Assembly (NCBI GenBank): GCA_964016885.1
Contig: OZ024745.1
Coordinates: 4,588,001 to 4,652,000, forward strand
Reading direction: 5' to 3'
DNA from: Eledone cirrhosa
Lineage: Eukaryota
DNA length: 64,000 nt
Positions 61,901 through 64,000 of this stretch are shown here, in pieces; the stretch's first letter is position 1, and each line of letters begins with the position of its first letter. Both the position numbers and the translations under genes were made by a program. The notes beneath the pieces were generated by a model, which worked only from the letters and a program-made list of their open reading frames with translations, made no database searches and was not told the DNA's origin.

Positions 61901-64000
61901 CTGTTGTTGAGTTCTCTTTATGTCATCTGTTGTTTAGTTATCTTTATGTCATCTGCTGTTGAGTTCACCTTCAAGTCATCTGTTGTTGAGTTCACTTCAA
62001 GTCATCTGTTGTTGAGTTCACTTCAAGTCATCTGTTGTTGAATTTACTTCAAGTCATCTGTTGTTCAGTTCACTTCAAGTCATCTGTTGTTGAGTTCACT
62101 TCAAATCATCTGTTGTTGAGTTCTCTTTATGTCATCTGTTGTTGCGTTCCCTTCAAGTCATCTGTTGTTGAGTTCTCTTTATGGCATCTGTTGTTGAGTT
62201 CACTTCAAGACATCTGTTGTTGAGTTCGATTCAAGTCATCTGTTGTTGAGTTCACTTCAAGTCATCTGTTGTTGAGTTCATTTCAAGTCATCTGTTCTTG
62301 AGTTCACTTCAGGTCATCTGTTGTTGAGTTCACTTCAAGTCATCTGTTGTTGAGTTCTCTTTATGTCATCTGATGTTTAGTTCTCTTTATGTCATCTGTT
62401 GTTGAGTTCACTTCATGTCATCTGTTGTTGAGTTCACTTTAAGTCATCTGTTGTTGAGTTCACTTCAAGTCATCTGTTGTTGAGTTCACTTCAAGTCATC
62501 TGTTGTTGAGTTCACTTCAAGTCATCTGTTGTTGAGTTCTCTTTATGTCATTTGTTGTTTAGTTCTCTTTATGTCATCTGTTGTTGAGTTCACTTCAAGT
62601 CATCTGTTGTTGAGTTCACTTCAAGTCATCTGTTGTTGAGTTCATTTCAAGTCATCTGTTGTTGAGTTCACTTCAAGTCATCTGTTGTTGAGTTCTCTTT
62701 ATGTCATCTGTTGTTTAGTTCACTTTATGTCATCTGTTGTTGAGTTCACTTCAAGTCATCTGTTGTTGAGTTCACTTTAAGTCATCTGTTGTTGAGTTCA
62801 CTTCAAGTCATCTGTTGTTCAGTTCACTTCAAGTCATCTGTTGTTGAGTTCTCTTTATGTCATCTGTTATTTAGTTCTCTTTATGTCATCTGTTGTTGAG
62901 TTAACTTCAAGTCATCTGTTGTTGAGTTCACTTCAAGTCATCTGTTTTTGAGTTCACTTCAAGTCATCTGTTGTTGAGTTCACTTCAAGTCATCTGTTGT
63001 TGAGTTCACTTCAAGTCATCTGTTGTTGAGTTCACTTCAAGTCATCTGTTGTTGAGTTCACTTCAAGTCATCTGTTGTTGAGTTCTCTTTATGTCATCTG
63101 TTGTTGAGTTCTCTTTATGTCATCTGTTGTTTAGTTATCTTTATGTCATCTGCTGTTGAGTTCACCTTCAAGTCATCTGTTGTTGAGTTCACTTCAAGTC
63201 ATCTGTTGTTGAGTTCACTTCAAGTCATAAGTTGTTAAGTTCTCTTTAGGTCATCTGTTGTTGAGTTCACTTCAAGTCATCTGTTGTTGAGTTCACTTCA
63301 AGTCATCTGTTGTTGAGTTCACTTCAAGTCATCTGTTGTTGAGTTCACTTCAAGTCATCTGTTCTTGAGTTCACTTCAAGTCATCTGTTGTTGAATTCTC
63401 TTTATGTCATCTGTTGTTGAATTCTCTTTATGACATCTGTTATTGAGTTCTCTTTATGTCATCTGTTGTTTAGTTATCTTTATGTCATCTGTTGTTGAGT
63501 TCACTTCAAGTCATCTGTTGTTGAATTCCCTTCAAGACATCTGTTGTTGAGTTCTCTTTATGGCATCTGTTGTTGAGTTCACTTCAAGACATCTGTTGTT
63601 GAGTTCACTTCAAGTCATCTGTTGTTGAGTTCACTTCAAGTCATCTGTTGTTGAGTTCACTTCAAGTCATCTGTTGTTGAGTTCACTTCAAGTCATCTGT
63701 TGTTGAGTTCACTTCAAGTCATCTGTTGTTGAGTTCTCTTTATGTCATCTGTTGTTGAGTTCTCTTTATGTCATCTGTTGTTTAGTTCTCTTTATGTCAT
63801 CTGTTGTTGAGTTCACTTCATGTCATCTGTTGTTGAGTTCACTTTAAGTCATCTGTTGTTGAGTTCACTTCAAGTCATCTGTTGTTGAGTTCACTTCAAG
63901 TCATCTGTTGTTGAGTTCACTTCAAGTCATCTGTTGTTGAGTTCTCTTTATGTCATCTGTTGTTTAGTTCTCTTTATGTCATCTGTTGTTGAGTTCACTT
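43962..64000. repeat. Satellite array, 26-bp monomer GTCATCTGTTGTTGAGTTCACTTCAA with variants ...GAGTTCTCTTTAT and ...TTAGTTCTCTTTAT; roughly 770 monomers, open at window end
   Basis: Monomer read directly and continuously over 20 kb. Confidence 0.98.

Noticed and set aside
43962-64000. Hammerhead-containing satellite (CAGATGA on the minus strand)
   Set aside because: Core requires CUGANGA plus GAAA; the monomer has CAGAUGA and no GAAA.

Overview
Eukaryotic, repeat-dominated animal DNA. The tRNA-derived SINEs, Penelope, Tx1, CR1 and RTE retroelements and dense microsatellites suggest an octopus or other cephalopod (inference). Two large satellite arrays, a 33/37-bp unit at 1-17463 and a 26-bp unit at ~43962-64000, both with kb-scale higher-order duplications, flank a ~26.5-kb island. 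The island holds three 5'-truncated Tx1/L1-type LINE copies, a decayed CR1-type LINE with a 61-bp x10 expansion, a deleted Ty3/gypsy pol relic, a palindromic MITE, four SINE copies, an RTE 3' fragment, and a Penelope-like element (RT plus C-terminal GIY-YIG, Hydra-clade-like). The Penelope 3' region carries a hammerhead ribozyme core with an unusually long stem II. No intact protein-coding gene is evident, and nearly all track ORFs are repeat artefacts. A few candidate exons are low confidence; one has its splice donor inside a hairpin with A-C mismatches.
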